Source: a bacterium
GTDB lineage: Bacteria > Zhuqueibacterota > Zhuqueibacteria > Residuimicrobiales > Krinioviventaceae
Length of the DNA stretch: 64,000 bases
NCBI GenBank assembly: GCA_963675755.2
Contig: CAXXMD010000002.1
Span: 64,001-128,000, forward strand
Direction: 5' to 3'
A program made the translations under genes and the position numbers. Shown here in pieces: positions 39,354 through 50,071 of the stretch (its first letter is position 1; each line of letters opens with the position of its first letter). The notes under the pieces are model-generated. The model was given only the letters and a program-made list of their open reading frames with translations. It made no database searches and was not told the DNA's origin.

Positions 39354-42275
39354 ATGAGACACACAATAAAAGTATTGCTAATATTGATTGTTTTCTTTTA
39401 TGGTTGTACAGAAGCGAAAAATTCAAAAATTCAATGCTCTGGTATTGATTATACTAATTATGTCGATCCTTTTATTGGAACCGGCGGGCATGGACACACA
39501 TTTCCGGGCGCAATGGTTCCGTTTGGTATGGTACAGCTAAGTCCAGATACACGTATGGAAAATTGGGATGGTTCTTCAGGGTATCATTATTCGGACAAGA
39601 CCATAATGGGATTTAGCCATACTCACTTGAGTGGTACTGGTGCACCGGAATTTTGTGATATATTGCTAATGCCTACTACCGGCCAGGTGAATGTGTTGGT
39701 TGGGGATGAGAATGATAGCAGCACTGGTTATCGTTCAAAGTTTAGTCATAACAATGAAAGCGCATCGCCGGGATATTACAAGGTGTTCCTGGATGATTAT
39801 CATGTAACGGCTGAATTAACAGCTACAACACGGACCGGATTTCATCGATATATTTTTCCCAAGTCAGATTGTTCCAATATAATAATAGATTTAAAAAATC
39901 GTGACAGAGTAATTGATTCGAAATTAAACATAATAAATGACACTGAAATATCTGGTTTTAGACGTTCAATTCGCTGGGCAAAAGACCAGCATGTTTATTT
40001 TTACGCAAAATTTTCAAGGCCATTTAAAAATTACGGTATCGCGGTTGACGACAAAATAATTGATAACGTGAATACAGCCGACGGTACAAATGTCAAAGGA
40101 TATGTGACGTTCAATACAAATAAAGATGATGTTATTTTAGTCAAAGTTGGTATTTCAACGGTTAGCATTGAAGGCGCTAAAAAGAATCTGGAAGCCGAAA
40201 ATAAAGGGTGGGAATTTGATAATGTAAAAGCCAATGCTAATGAGTTATGGAAAAAACATTTATCAAAAATTGATATAACAGGTGGTACTGAAAGGGAACG
40301 TAGAATATTTTATACTTCACTATATCATACAGCAATGGCTCCCATTACCTTGAACGATGTGGATGGAAGTTACCGCGGAGTTGATAGAGAAATTCATAAA
40401 GTTAATGATTTTACAAGATATACGGTTTGGTCGCTGTGGGATGTATTCAGGACCCAAATGCCTCTTTATAATATTATTGAGCCGTCAAGGATGAACGAGT
40501 TTATAAAAACCTTTCTAGAAATCTATAAAAATGGTGGAAGACTACCTCATTGGGAAATATGGGGTGAATACTCTGGCTCCATGATCGGCCATCATTCACT
40601 TCCCATTATTTTAGATGCTTATATTAAAGGTATTCGTGATTATGATGTAAATATGGCCTATAAAGCAATGAAAAATCAAGTGGACCATAGCGGTTATTAC
40701 GCAAGATTGGGGTACATTCCTGCTGATAAGGCTGGAGGCTCGGTTTCTATGGTTATGGAATATGCCTATAATGATTGGTGTATTGCAGAAATGGCAACGA
40801 TAATGGAAAATGACGATGATTATAAAATTTATCAGCAGCGTGCTCAATTTTATAAAAATATGTTTGACGAATCAACAGGATTTATGCGTCCTAAAAATAG
40901 TGACAGAACCTGGGTAACTCTGTTTGATCCGGCAGAAGGTTCTGAGCATTTTGTTGAGGGCAATTCTTTTCAATACAGTTTGTTCGCGCCCCATGATATC
41001 AATGGTTTGATTAATTTAATAGGTGGTGATGAAAAATTTGAAGCGTGGCTGGATCAGCTTTTTACTTTTAAATCAAAGTATGATGAAAAAGCAGTGGATG
41101 CAACAGGCTTAATTGGTCAATACGCGCATGGTAATGAACCGAGTCATCATATGGCATATTTGTATAATTATGTTGGTGCGGCACCTAAAACTCAAAAAAT
41201 GGTCCGCCAGATTTTGGAAACAATGTATGATGATAAACCGGATGGATTAGAAGGAAATGAAGATTGCGGGCAAATGTCGGCCTGGTATATTTTAAGCGCG
41301 ATGGGATTTTATCCTGTTACACCTGGTTCTCCAATTTATAATATTGGAACTTTTATATTTGATAAAGTAACAATCAATCTTGAAAACGGAAAGAAATTTG
41401 TAATTGAGGCCAAAAATGTATCGGCTGATAATTATTACATTCAATCTTTATCGCTTAATGGAAAGCCTTTTACTAAATCATGGTTTAATCATAGTGATAT
41501 TGTGGATGGCGGTCACTTTGTTTTTGAACTTGGTCCCACTCCTAATGAAAATTGGGGGAAAGCAAAAGAAGCGAGGCCTTTTACAAAAGAGTTTCTACCT
41601 ACAGTTTCTATGCCTTTTATTGTAACTGATGATAATAAATTCATCACTACTGCTAAAGTTAAGCTGGAATGTGATACGGAAGGCTCAAAAATATATTATA
41701 CGATTGATGGCTCTGAACCCAACGATAAATCCATTATTTATACGGGTCCTTTTCAATTGGACAAAACGACCGATCTAAAGTTTAAAGCATTTAAAAAGGG
41801 ATTACTGCCAAGTTTAACGGTAGCTGAAAAATTAGAAAAAATAGAATTTGAATCATATACAAATTATAAAGGGCTTAATTTAAAAAAAGGATTGAAATAT
41901 AAATATTATGAAGCCAGTGTGATGTTTGTTGATGAGTTAAAAGACTATGAGCCGATATCTGAGGGTATCGTTTCCAGCTTTAATATTGAAAAGAGAACTC
42001 GTGATGCTTATTTTGGTTTTGAATACGATGGATATATTAAAATTGCCAAAGAAGGTAAATACACTTTTTCCAAAAAAACGAATGATGGCAGTATTCTCTA
42101 TATTGATGGAAAAGAGTTTCCCAGCGGACGCACAGTAGCAATGAAAAAGGGAATATACAAAATATCTGAAAAGTATTTTCAAATGGGAGCACGTTTTTGG
42201 AATATAGTAAGCTGGGAAGGGCCTGGAATTCCTTATCAGGAGATACCCGCAAATGTCCTTTTCCATGAAGAATAA
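39354..42275 (+). CDS. GH92 alpha-mannosidase with CHB_HEX_C-like and PA14-like C-terminal domains
   Basis: 'VDPFIGTGGHGHTFPGA..PFGMVQLSPDT', 'GFSHTHLSG', 'GNEPSHH', 'GNEDCGQMSAW'. Confidence 0.95.
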   Translation: MRHTIKVLLILIVFFYGCTEAKNSKIQCSGIDYTNYVDPFIGTGGHGHTFPGAMVPFGMVQLSPDTRMENWDGSSGYHYSDKTIMGFSHTHLSGTGAPEFCDILLMPTTGQVNVLVGDENDSSTGYRSKFSHNNESASPGYYKVFLDDYHVTAELTATTRTGFHRYIFPKSDCSNIIIDLKNRDRVIDSKLNIINDTEISGFRRSIRWAKDQHVYFYAKFSRPFKNYGIAVDDKIIDNVNTADGTNVKGYVTFNTNKDDVILVKVGISTVSIEGAKKNLEAENKGWEFDNVKANANELWKKHLSKIDITGGTERERRIFYTSLYHTAMAPITLNDVDGSYRGVDREIHKVNDFTRYTVWSLWDVFRTQMPLYNIIEPSRMNEFIKTFLEIYKNGGRLPHWEIWGEYSGSMIGHHSLPIILDAYIKGIRDYDVNMAYKAMKNQVDHSGYYARLGYIPADKAGGSVSMVMEYAYNDWCIAEMATIMENDDDYKIYQQRAQFYKNMFDESTGFMRPKNSDRTWVTLFDPAEGSEHFVEGNSFQYSLFAPHDINGLINLIGGDEKFEAWLDQLFTFKSKYDEKAVDATGLIGQYAHGNEPSHHMAYLYNYVGAAPKTQKMVRQILETMYDDKPDGLEGNEDCGQMSAWYILSAMGFYPVTPGSPIYNIGTFIFDKVTINLENGKKFVIEAKNVSADNYYIQSLSLNGKPFTKSWFNHSDIVDGGHFVFELGPTPNENWGKAKEARPFTKEFLPTVSMPFIVTDDNKFITTAKVKLECDTEGSKIYYTIDGSEPNDKSIIYTGPFQLDKTTDLKFKAFKKGLLPSLTVAEKLEKIEFESYTNYKGLNLKKGLKYKYYEASVMFVDELKDYEPISEGIVSSFNIEKRTRDAYFGFEYDGYIKIAKEGKYTFSKKTNDGSILYIDGKEFPSGRTVAMKKGIYKISEKYFQMGARFWNIVSWEGPGIPYQEIPANVLFHEE

Positions 42276-42460
42276 TGAAAAAATATGTGTGCAAATGCGA
42301 TAACAATAGTTTAATCAATATTTGTAAAGTGAGTTTCAGTTTTAGGTCGGGTCAGTTTCTTTTGACCCGGACGATATATAGGCAAATAAGCATGAATCAA
42401 AAATTGGCAGGTAATTAAAAAAATAAAACTGATATTTTACGATCAAAAGAGGATTTGAAA

Positions 42461-45052
42461 ATGAAAATACGAAACAAGCATGTTTTGTTTACATCTGTGG
42501 TCTGTTTAGTGTTTTGGGTGAATAGTTTGTTATATCCACAACAATCAACTGAAATTCCAATCTATAAAGATCACACCCAATCTTTTGAAGACAGAGTAGA
42601 TGATCTGCTGTCACGCATGACAATTGCAGAAAAAGTATCTCAAATGATGAGCCGCTCACCCAATGATCTGATAAGGTTCGGAATGGTGAGACATGAATTG
42701 GGGGGCGGTGCTATTCATTCTCCGGTTGGAGGCGTCAATACAACCATATTCCCTGTCGGCATAGCACGGGCCTCAACATGGAATAGAGAACTTTTGTATG
42801 AAATTGGTACCGCTGCCTCTGATGAAATACGAGCGCAATTCAATACTACTCAAAAGCAGGTTCTTACATTTTGGGCACCGGTAGTAGAGATGGCCAGGGA
42901 CCCGCGTTGGGGTAGAAATGAAGAATGTTTTGGTGAAGATCCCTATTTAACATCTCAGCTTACTTTGCCATTGGTAAAAGGTGTTTATGGAAATCATCCA
43001 AAATATATAAAAGCAGTGGCTGCTCCCAAACATTTTGTTGCTAATAATGAAGAATGGAACCGACACAATGGTTCTGCCAATATTGATGAACAGCTATTGC
43101 ACGAATACTATTTAAAACCATACAAAGTATTGGTAAAAGAAGGTAATGTAGCATCTATTATGGCAGCATATAATAGATTAAATGGTGTTCCCTGTCAGGG
43201 AAACAAGGAATTGTTAACCGATATTTTACGCGATCAATGGGGATTTACCGGCTATGTAGTAACGGATTGTGAAGGAATTCAAGACTTTTATTTGGAAGGA
43301 AAAGGTCATAAATATGTTGCCACTGTACAGGAGGCAATTTCTGTAGCGATTAATGCAGGTATTGATATGGAATGCGGCGGTGAGTTTAAACACTATTTAT
43401 ATCAAGTCATTGAAAGCGGTGCCATATCTGAAGAAGCAATAGACAGGGCGGTTCGCAGAATTTTACTGACACGTTTTAGATTGGGCTTGTATGATCCCCC
43501 GGAGATGGTGCCTTTTAGTAAAATTCCTCATTCAGTAATTGACAGTAAAGAGCATCGTGCCTTGGCAAGAAAAGTCGCCCAGGAGGCAATTATATTGTTA
43601 AAAAACAGTGAGGATTTACTGCCTCTTGATAAAGATCAGATAAAATCTGTTGCCGTTATTGGTCCAAATGCAGATGTGTGCCACGTTGGAGAATATACGG
43701 GTATAACTTCTTTACTTGTCTCACCTTTGGATGGTATAAAAAATAAAATTGGCAATGAGAAAGTTAAATTTGCCAAAGGAACAAGTGTTAAAATCGAATG
43801 TCCGGTTATTCCTGCGGAATATTTATTTTTGCCTGATGAAACAGGGGACAATGGATTATTGGGAGAATATTTTGATAATACCACATGCTCGGGAGACCCG
43901 GTTTTCACTCGTGTTGATAGTGTACTTGATTTTGATTTTGGCTTGGCGTCACCTGATAACAGATTGGAAAATAATTACTATTCCGTTCGCTGGACCGGTA
44001 AGTTCAAAGCACCTGTATCAGGACCTTACTATATTGGCGGAGAATTTGACGATGCGATCAGGCTATATTTTGACGGCAGATTGATTATTGATAAAACAAA
44101 AAACCGAAACATGTCTTCCGCGGTTGCCAAAGTTGAACTGGATAAAGGCAAATACTATGATTTAAAGATTGAATTTACAGAGCATTGGTATAAATCAAAA
44201 CTGAAATTATGGGGCGCACCGCCGAAAGAAAATAAATTTTTAAAAGCTGTTGAAATTGCAAAAAGTTCTGATGTCGCTATAGTTGTTGCAGGAACAGACG
44301 CCACAGTTGAAAAAGAAGGTGTTGACCGGTCAGATTTACAATTGCCTGGTGATCAATTGGCTTTAATTAAAGCTGTATATAAAGCAAACCCTAAAACAAT
44401 TGTTGTGTTGCAAAACGGCAGCCCTTTGGCTATTAACTGGGTCAATGATAATGTGCCTGCCATTATTGAAACTTTTTACAATGGCGAAGAAGGTGGAAAT
44501 GCCCTGGCCGATGTTGTTTTTGGAGATTACAATCCTGCCGGCCGTTTACCAATGACGGTGTATAAATCTGTAAACCAATTGCCGGATTTTAGTGATTATG
44601 ATATCCGCAAGGGCCGGACCTATATGTATAATATGTACCCGGATGGAAAAAAAATACAGCCGCTTTATCCTTTTGGCTATGGACTCAGCTACACAACATT
44701 TGAATACGGAAATCTAAAACTCGAGTCAAAAACGATTTCGAACACAGATAGTTTAAAAGCAAGTATGCAAGTTACCAATACCGGCAGCCGGGCAGGTGAT
44801 GAAGTTGTACAGCTATATATTCGTGACAAGAAAGCCAGCGTACAACGACCTGTGAAACAGCTGGCTGGTTTTGAACGTGTTTCATTGGACCAGGGAGAAA
44901 CAAAAACTGTAAGCTTTACAGTGCCTTCAAAAGATTTGGCATTTTGGGATGTAAAAACAAAATCATGGATTGTTGAACCTGGTGAGTTTGATATGCTGAT
45001 AGGTGATTCTTCGAGTAACATTTTAATCAAAGAAACTTTTTTAGTTGAATAA
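42461..45052 (+). CDS. GH3 beta-glucosidase/xylosidase with inserted PA14 domain
   Basis: 'RDPRWGRNEE.FGEDP', 'KHF', 'VVTDC', PA14 'GLLGEYF...SVRWTG...DD..RLY', 'PAGRLP', 'PFGYGLSYT'. Confidence 0.93.
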   Translation: MKIRNKHVLFTSVVCLVFWVNSLLYPQQSTEIPIYKDHTQSFEDRVDDLLSRMTIAEKVSQMMSRSPNDLIRFGMVRHELGGGAIHSPVGGVNTTIFPVGIARASTWNRELLYEIGTAASDEIRAQFNTTQKQVLTFWAPVVEMARDPRWGRNEECFGEDPYLTSQLTLPLVKGVYGNHPKYIKAVAAPKHFVANNEEWNRHNGSANIDEQLLHEYYLKPYKVLVKEGNVASIMAAYNRLNGVPCQGNKELLTDILRDQWGFTGYVVTDCEGIQDFYLEGKGHKYVATVQEAISVAINAGIDMECGGEFKHYLYQVIESGAISEEAIDRAVRRILLTRFRLGLYDPPEMVPFSKIPHSVIDSKEHRALARKVAQEAIILLKNSEDLLPLDKDQIKSVAVIGPNADVCHVGEYTGITSLLVSPLDGIKNKIGNEKVKFAKGTSVKIECPVIPAEYLFLPDETGDNGLLGEYFDNTTCSGDPVFTRVDSVLDFDFGLASPDNRLENNYYSVRWTGKFKAPVSGPYYIGGEFDDAIRLYFDGRLIIDKTKNRNMSSAVAKVELDKGKYYDLKIEFTEHWYKSKLKLWGAPPKENKFLKAVEIAKSSDVAIVVAGTDATVEKEGVDRSDLQLPGDQLALIKAVYKANPKTIVVLQNGSPLAINWVNDNVPAIIETFYNGEEGGNALADVVFGDYNPAGRLPMTVYKSVNQLPDFSDYDIRKGRTYMYNMYPDGKKIQPLYPFGYGLSYTTFEYGNLKLESKTISNTDSLKASMQVTNTGSRAGDEVVQLYIRDKKASVQRPVKQLAGFERVSLDQGETKTVSFTVPSKDLAFWDVKTKSWIVEPGEFDMLIGDSSSNILIKETFLVE

Positions 45053-45063
45053 GAGAGGTAATA

Positions 45064-48030
45064 GTGAAAAAAAATATAAATTATTTAGTAATAATACTTG
45101 CTGTAATGGCACTATCTTGTGCAAATAATAAAGTTGAAACAATAACTCCTCTAAATGATTATATAAAGTTGGTAGATCCTTTTATTGGCACAGATGCGAA
45201 CGGCCACACTTTTCCGGGAGCAACGCTGCCTAACGGACTGGTGCAACTCAGTCCTGATACAAAAACAGAAACCTGGAACAATTGTTCCGGATACCATTAT
45301 TCCGATAAAAGTATTATGGGATTCAGTCATACACACTATAGCGGAACAGGTGCATTAGGCGGGGGAGATGTTTTGTTCATGCCCACTGTTGGAGAAATCC
45401 AATTGAACGCGGGGGATATAAATCATACCGAAACCGGATACCGTTCAAAACATTCACATGATAAGGAATCTGCGACTCCTGGTTATTATTCTGTAATTCT
45501 CGATGATTATAATATTCAGGTCGAATTGACTGCTACTAAAAGAGTTGGGGTTCAAAAGTATACTTTTCCACAAGGAGACCAGTCCAATGTCATTCTTGAT
45601 CTTGTTCATGGTATTGCCGATGGCCCGGACAGCTTGTTCATTCAAATTGATGGAGATGAGATATCAGGTTACAGAGCGGCCTCCGGCGGATTGGACAATA
45701 GCAATGTGATTTATTTTGCGGCCCAATTTTCAAAACCATTTAAAAGTTTTGGTATCGCAGTTGATAATGTGATAAAGTCAGATCTTCAATCCGCAAAAGG
45801 CAAAAATATTAAAGCTTTTTTTAGATTCAACACGCAAGAGAATGATCCTGTTTTGTTAAAAACAGCAATCTCTACAGTAAGCATTGACGGCGCGAGAAAA
45901 AATTTAAAAGCCGAGGTCCCGGAGTGGGATTTTGACAAAATTCGCAAAACAGCCGCAGAAACCTGGAACCAGGTGTTGAATAAAATACAGGTTGAGGGCG
46001 GAACACAAGATCAGCAGTCTATATTTTATACTGCGTTATATCATGCTTATATTCATCCCAATCTTTATATGGATGTTGATAGAAAATATCGCAGTGCGAC
46101 TAAAAAGATATACAAGGGAGCCAAAGATTTTGAAAATTATACCACGTTTTCATTATGGGACACGTTCAGGGCTTTGCATCCTTTATTGACTATTATTGAT
46201 CACAAGCAAACCAATCAATATATTAAAACATTTATTGAACGGTACGAGCACGCTTTAAATATGCCCATTATGGAGTTCTCGGGGAGTGAGGGCTATACCA
46301 TGATCGGTTACCATTCGATCCCGGTTGTGGCAGATGCTTATGCAAAAGGCATTCGGGACTATGATGTTAAAAAAGCTTACAAGGCGATAAAGCAATTGGC
46401 CGATGGTGACAGGGCAGGCAAAGAATTCTATTTGCATTATGGCTATGTACCCGATGATTTTAGCATTGAATCGGTATCCCGAACTTTGGAATACAGTTAC
46501 GATGATTGGTGCGTCACCCGCCTTGCAAAGGATTTTGATAAAGCAGATTTTGCTCATTATAATGCCAGAGGACAGTTTTACAGAAATGTTTTCAATAAAG
46601 AAATTCATTTTATGGCGCCTAAAAATAGCGATTATACATGGACGAAAAATTTTGATCCCATGCAAGTAACCAAACTGCATTTTACCGAAGCAAATGCTTA
46701 TCAATATACCCCGTTTGTTTTACAGGATGTTGACGGCCTGATTAATTTGCTTGGTGGCGATAAAGCGTTTGAAAAATGGCTGGATGTTATCTTTACCACA
46801 GAGACAGATACTATTAACAATAAAATTGATGATGTAGATGTAACCGGTCTAATTGGTCAATACGCGCAGGGAAATGAACCCAGCCACCATACAGCTTATT
46901 TGTACAATTATGTTGGCTCTGCATGGAAAACCCAAAAGCAGATAAGAGAAATTCTAACAACGTTATACACGTCAGGACCGGATGGAATGTGCGGAAATGA
47001 TGATGCAGGTCAAATGTCTGCCTGGTACATACTCAGCGCAATGGGATTTTATCCTGTTACCCCTGGTTTGGATTATTATGTGCTTGGCAGTCCCTTGTTC
47101 GACAAGGTAACTATTAATCTGGAAAACGGAAAGCAGTTTGAACTCGTTGCGAACAATAATAATGCATCCAATGTTTATATTCAATCGGTAACTCTGAATG
47201 GCAAACCCTATACAAAATCCTATTTAAATCATGATGATATTATGAATGGTTCTAAATTGGAAATTACCATGGGTGAGCAGCCAAATAAAGAGTGGGGAAA
47301 AGCGGTTGCAGATCGTCCATATTCACCTAAATATGAATGTGCACCGGTACCCATGCTGAAATCTACCGGTAGAAAATTTCTGGAAAACAGTACAGTAACG
47401 CTTTCATGCAATGACGACCGTGCTGTTATTCGATATACCCTTAACGGCAGCGAGCCGGATATGGATTCAGAAATCTATAATAATCCAATCACCATAAATC
47501 AAACATGTGATTTAAAGGTGAAATGTTTTGTGGATGGATTAGAACCGGGCTATACAGCCGCTTTTGATTTTGAAAAGCTACAACTGCAGCCGGCACTTGA
47601 TGTGTCAAATCCGAAATCCGGGTTAAGATATATCTATAAAGAAGCCTCATGCGCCAATACCGCAGATCTTGATAAATTTCCCATTGACAACAAGGGAATT
47701 ATCAAAACGATTAATGTGGATTCGATCAAAGACTCCCGACCTTTTGGTTATATTTTTGAAGGCTATGTCAATGTTCCTGTAGAAGGACTGTATATTTTCT
47801 ATCTGGAATCAAACGACGGATCTACCCTGTACCTGGATGATGAATTAATTATTGATAATGATGGCGACCATATGCTGCAAACGTTATACGCTGAAAAGGG
47901 ATTAAAAAAGGGCTATCACTCTATCAAAATTAAATATTTTCAAATGGGCGGGGGAAAAAGTCTGGATGTAAGCTGGAAAACGCCAGTTTCAGATATTGAA
48001 GTGATTCCGGCGAGTGTTTTGTTTCATTAA
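45064..48030 (+). CDS. GH92 alpha-mannosidase lipoprotein with CHB_HEX_C-like and PA14 domains
   Basis: Lipobox ALSC; 'VDPFIGT..NGHTFPGA', 'SLWDTFR', 'GNEPSHH', 'GNDDAGQMSAW'. Confidence 0.95.
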   Translation: MKKNINYLVIILAVMALSCANNKVETITPLNDYIKLVDPFIGTDANGHTFPGATLPNGLVQLSPDTKTETWNNCSGYHYSDKSIMGFSHTHYSGTGALGGGDVLFMPTVGEIQLNAGDINHTETGYRSKHSHDKESATPGYYSVILDDYNIQVELTATKRVGVQKYTFPQGDQSNVILDLVHGIADGPDSLFIQIDGDEISGYRAASGGLDNSNVIYFAAQFSKPFKSFGIAVDNVIKSDLQSAKGKNIKAFFRFNTQENDPVLLKTAISTVSIDGARKNLKAEVPEWDFDKIRKTAAETWNQVLNKIQVEGGTQDQQSIFYTALYHAYIHPNLYMDVDRKYRSATKKIYKGAKDFENYTTFSLWDTFRALHPLLTIIDHKQTNQYIKTFIERYEHALNMPIMEFSGSEGYTMIGYHSIPVVADAYAKGIRDYDVKKAYKAIKQLADGDRAGKEFYLHYGYVPDDFSIESVSRTLEYSYDDWCVTRLAKDFDKADFAHYNARGQFYRNVFNKEIHFMAPKNSDYTWTKNFDPMQVTKLHFTEANAYQYTPFVLQDVDGLINLLGGDKAFEKWLDVIFTTETDTINNKIDDVDVTGLIGQYAQGNEPSHHTAYLYNYVGSAWKTQKQIREILTTLYTSGPDGMCGNDDAGQMSAWYILSAMGFYPVTPGLDYYVLGSPLFDKVTINLENGKQFELVANNNNASNVYIQSVTLNGKPYTKSYLNHDDIMNGSKLEITMGEQPNKEWGKAVADRPYSPKYECAPVPMLKSTGRKFLENSTVTLSCNDDRAVIRYTLNGSEPDMDSEIYNNPITINQTCDLKVKCFVDGLEPGYTAAFDFEKLQLQPALDVSNPKSGLRYIYKEASCANTADLDKFPIDNKGIIKTINVDSIKDSRPFGYIFEGYVNVPVEGLYIFYLESNDGSTLYLDDELIIDNDGDHMLQTLYAEKGLKKGYHSIKIKYFQMGGGKSLDVSWKTPVSDIEVIPASVLFH

Positions 48031-48042
48031 AGTCTGGTTAGT

Positions 48043-48078
48043 ATATATGCCTGGTACCTCCAATGTGCCTGGCACATA
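48043..48078. repeat. Degenerate palindromic repeat, same family as 50197-50237
   Basis: atatatgcctggtac-ctccaat-gtgcctggcacata. Confidence 0.65.
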
Positions 48079-48147
48079 CTACCAATTTATACAATAATCT
48101 GGACTAGAGTTTGATTTCAAGGAATGAAATATAAGAAAGAGAAAAAA

Positions 48148-49458
48148 ATGAAATTTAACGCTAAAAGAATTTTAGCAGTAATAATCATACTGAGCACTAT
48201 AATGTGTACGAACGTTTCAGGTCAATATGAACGTGAAGGAAATTACGACTGGAAAAGTAATATGGTAATTGCCGACCGGAAACGCGATGAGGCAGGTATG
48301 TTGCTACCACTGCAGTCCTATGATGAAACAATCCGTCGAGGGATGTCTTTGCTGCTGGTTGATCATTTGCTTTGGTTTAAAGGATCAAGAGAAAATCTTC
48401 GTGATGAGAATGGGAACACCCAGATGCCCTGGGTATACTATTCAAACATTCAGCACAATGGCGAACCATTTCCAAATTCCATAGACCGTTTTGTTTCTTA
48501 CCCTGCATTTCATCACTCCTTGATGATCAAAACATTTATCAAATACTGGGAAAACTCGGGAAATAAGCAGGCGCTGAAGGAAGCTATTAAACTTGCGGAT
48601 TGGAACATTGCTCATAGCACACCGGGCGAGTGGGCTTATGGGAACATGCCCTACAGTACCTTTCAGGAAAAGAAACCGGGAGGCTTTAGGGACAAGAGTG
48701 GTATCATGCCGGTCAAGGGAGCAATTATGGCTTTGGCTTATTTAGAGTTGTATGAAGCTACCAATAAACAAAAATATAAAGATGCCGCAGAAGCTATTGC
48801 CAACACACTCTGCAAAACGCAGCGCCCTAATGGCACCTGGCCTTTTCGTGTTGATCCGAAAACAGAAAAGGTTATCGAAGAATACACTAGCAGTGTCATC
48901 TATGCTGTCATGTTATTTGAGAACCTGGATGAATTGAACAAAAATAATAATTTCAAGTTTTATCATGACCGAACATGGGAGTGGTTACTGAATGGCCCGA
49001 TCAAGACTAGGGAGTTTCGAGGTTTCTATGAAGATATCCCGGAAAGTACAGAAGGGCGTACCAATTATGATTGTCTTGACGTGATACGTTATCTGCTGGC
49101 CAACCGTACAGACAGTAATGGCTATCTTGAAATGGCACAGGAACTTAATGCTTGGGTTGAAGAAATCTTTATGGACAAGATTGAGGGCTTTGAGCCCGCA
49201 GAGGGAATTCGAGAGCAATTGCAGTGTAATTATATAATGGGCGTCCACAGCCTGAATTGGGCATCTATGTTGATGGATCTTGCCGACGCTTCTGATAACG
49301 AAAAGATGAGAGAGCGGGCTATACAGACAGCAAATTATGTAACCTACTATCTTCAACCAGACAACCGGATTGTGGTGGGTTTCAATTATAATCAGTGGTG
49401 GTACAGTTGCCACATTGGTGTTATCATGTATTTATTTGATTTCTTGGCTGAAAATTGA
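48148..49458 (+). CDS. Secreted hypothetical protein, probable (alpha/alpha) toroid (six-hairpin glycosidase-like)
   Basis: Signal peptide; repeated helical pattern 'LYEAT..QKY..AA..IA..L...QRPNGTWP'; lies inside the CAZyme cluster. Confidence 0.6.
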   Translation: MKFNAKRILAVIIILSTIMCTNVSGQYEREGNYDWKSNMVIADRKRDEAGMLLPLQSYDETIRRGMSLLLVDHLLWFKGSRENLRDENGNTQMPWVYYSNIQHNGEPFPNSIDRFVSYPAFHHSLMIKTFIKYWENSGNKQALKEAIKLADWNIAHSTPGEWAYGNMPYSTFQEKKPGGFRDKSGIMPVKGAIMALAYLELYEATNKQKYKDAAEAIANTLCKTQRPNGTWPFRVDPKTEKVIEEYTSSVIYAVMLFENLDELNKNNNFKFYHDRTWEWLLNGPIKTREFRGFYEDIPESTEGRTNYDCLDVIRYLLANRTDSNGYLEMAQELNAWVEEIFMDKIEGFEPAEGIREQLQCNYIMGVHSLNWASMLMDLADASDNEKMRERAIQTANYVTYYLQPDNRIVVGFNYNQWWYSCHIGVIMYLFDFLAEN

Positions 49459-49506
49459 TTTATAAAAACTATTTTTCATAAAGCCGGTTGGAAAAAGCAT
49501 GACAGT

Positions 49507-49583
49507 CAGTAGCCCGGTCATTTTTTTCGGGATTATGAAGTCAGGTGGGAAATCCCGGACGAAGTGTCCAGACTTTATACTTG
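49507..49583 (+). repeat. 77-bp imperfect palindromic repeat, copy 1 (GTAG-REP/REPIN-like)
   Basis: cagtagcccggtcat...aatcccggacgaagtgtccagactttatacttg; ungapped 61/77 identity to 50072-50148 (hand count). Confidence 0.85.
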
Positions 49584-49596
49584 GGTTTTAGGAGAA

Positions 49597-50058
49597 ATGT
49601 TGAAAAAAATAATATATTTATTGATAATAGTTATGTTATCAAGTTGTAGTTTGATTAATTTTCGAAATAAAGAGCTAATGATTAGTCATGCTACTATAAA
49701 AATTGAAGGGCAAGTAATATCTGTACAGAGTAAAAATTCAATAAAAAATGCACGAGTAAAAATTAATATAGAGAGAGCAGCAAGTGATTCTGTATTAATA
49801 CCTGGAATAATGAGAGAAACAACTACTGATGAAAATGGCAATTTTACGTTTGATATTGTAGAATCTTGTTATGTTGGATATTATGAATTAGGTAAACTTT
49901 ATAATGATAAAATTGTTGATTTTTCATTTCCTTTTGTTATTTCACACGATAGAAATGAAACAGTAGTTAATAAAATTGTAAAAGCATATATCTCTTTTGG
50001 AATTAAAAACGGATTAGAAATACCTGTTAATAATGTTGGTACAATTGAAATTGAATAA
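49597..50058 (+). CDS. AT-rich hypothetical lipoprotein (carboxypeptidase-regulatory/prealbumin-like N-domain)
   Basis: GGAG RBS; lipobox LSSC; 'IEGQV......I.NARV.I...TTTDENGNF'; visibly lower GC than its neighbours. Confidence 0.7.
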   Translation: MLKKIIYLLIIVMLSSCSLINFRNKELMISHATIKIEGQVISVQSKNSIKNARVKINIERAASDSVLIPGIMRETTTDENGNFTFDIVESCYVGYYELGKLYNDKIVDFSFPFVISHDRNETVVNKIVKAYISFGIKNGLEIPVNNVGTIEIE

Positions 50059-50071
50059 TTACTCCCTTTAC

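Noticed and set aside
42275-42364. 29-aa ORF MKKYVCKC..., rubredoxin-like start
   Set aside because: No CxxC pairs, too short, and it runs into a REP-like hairpin.
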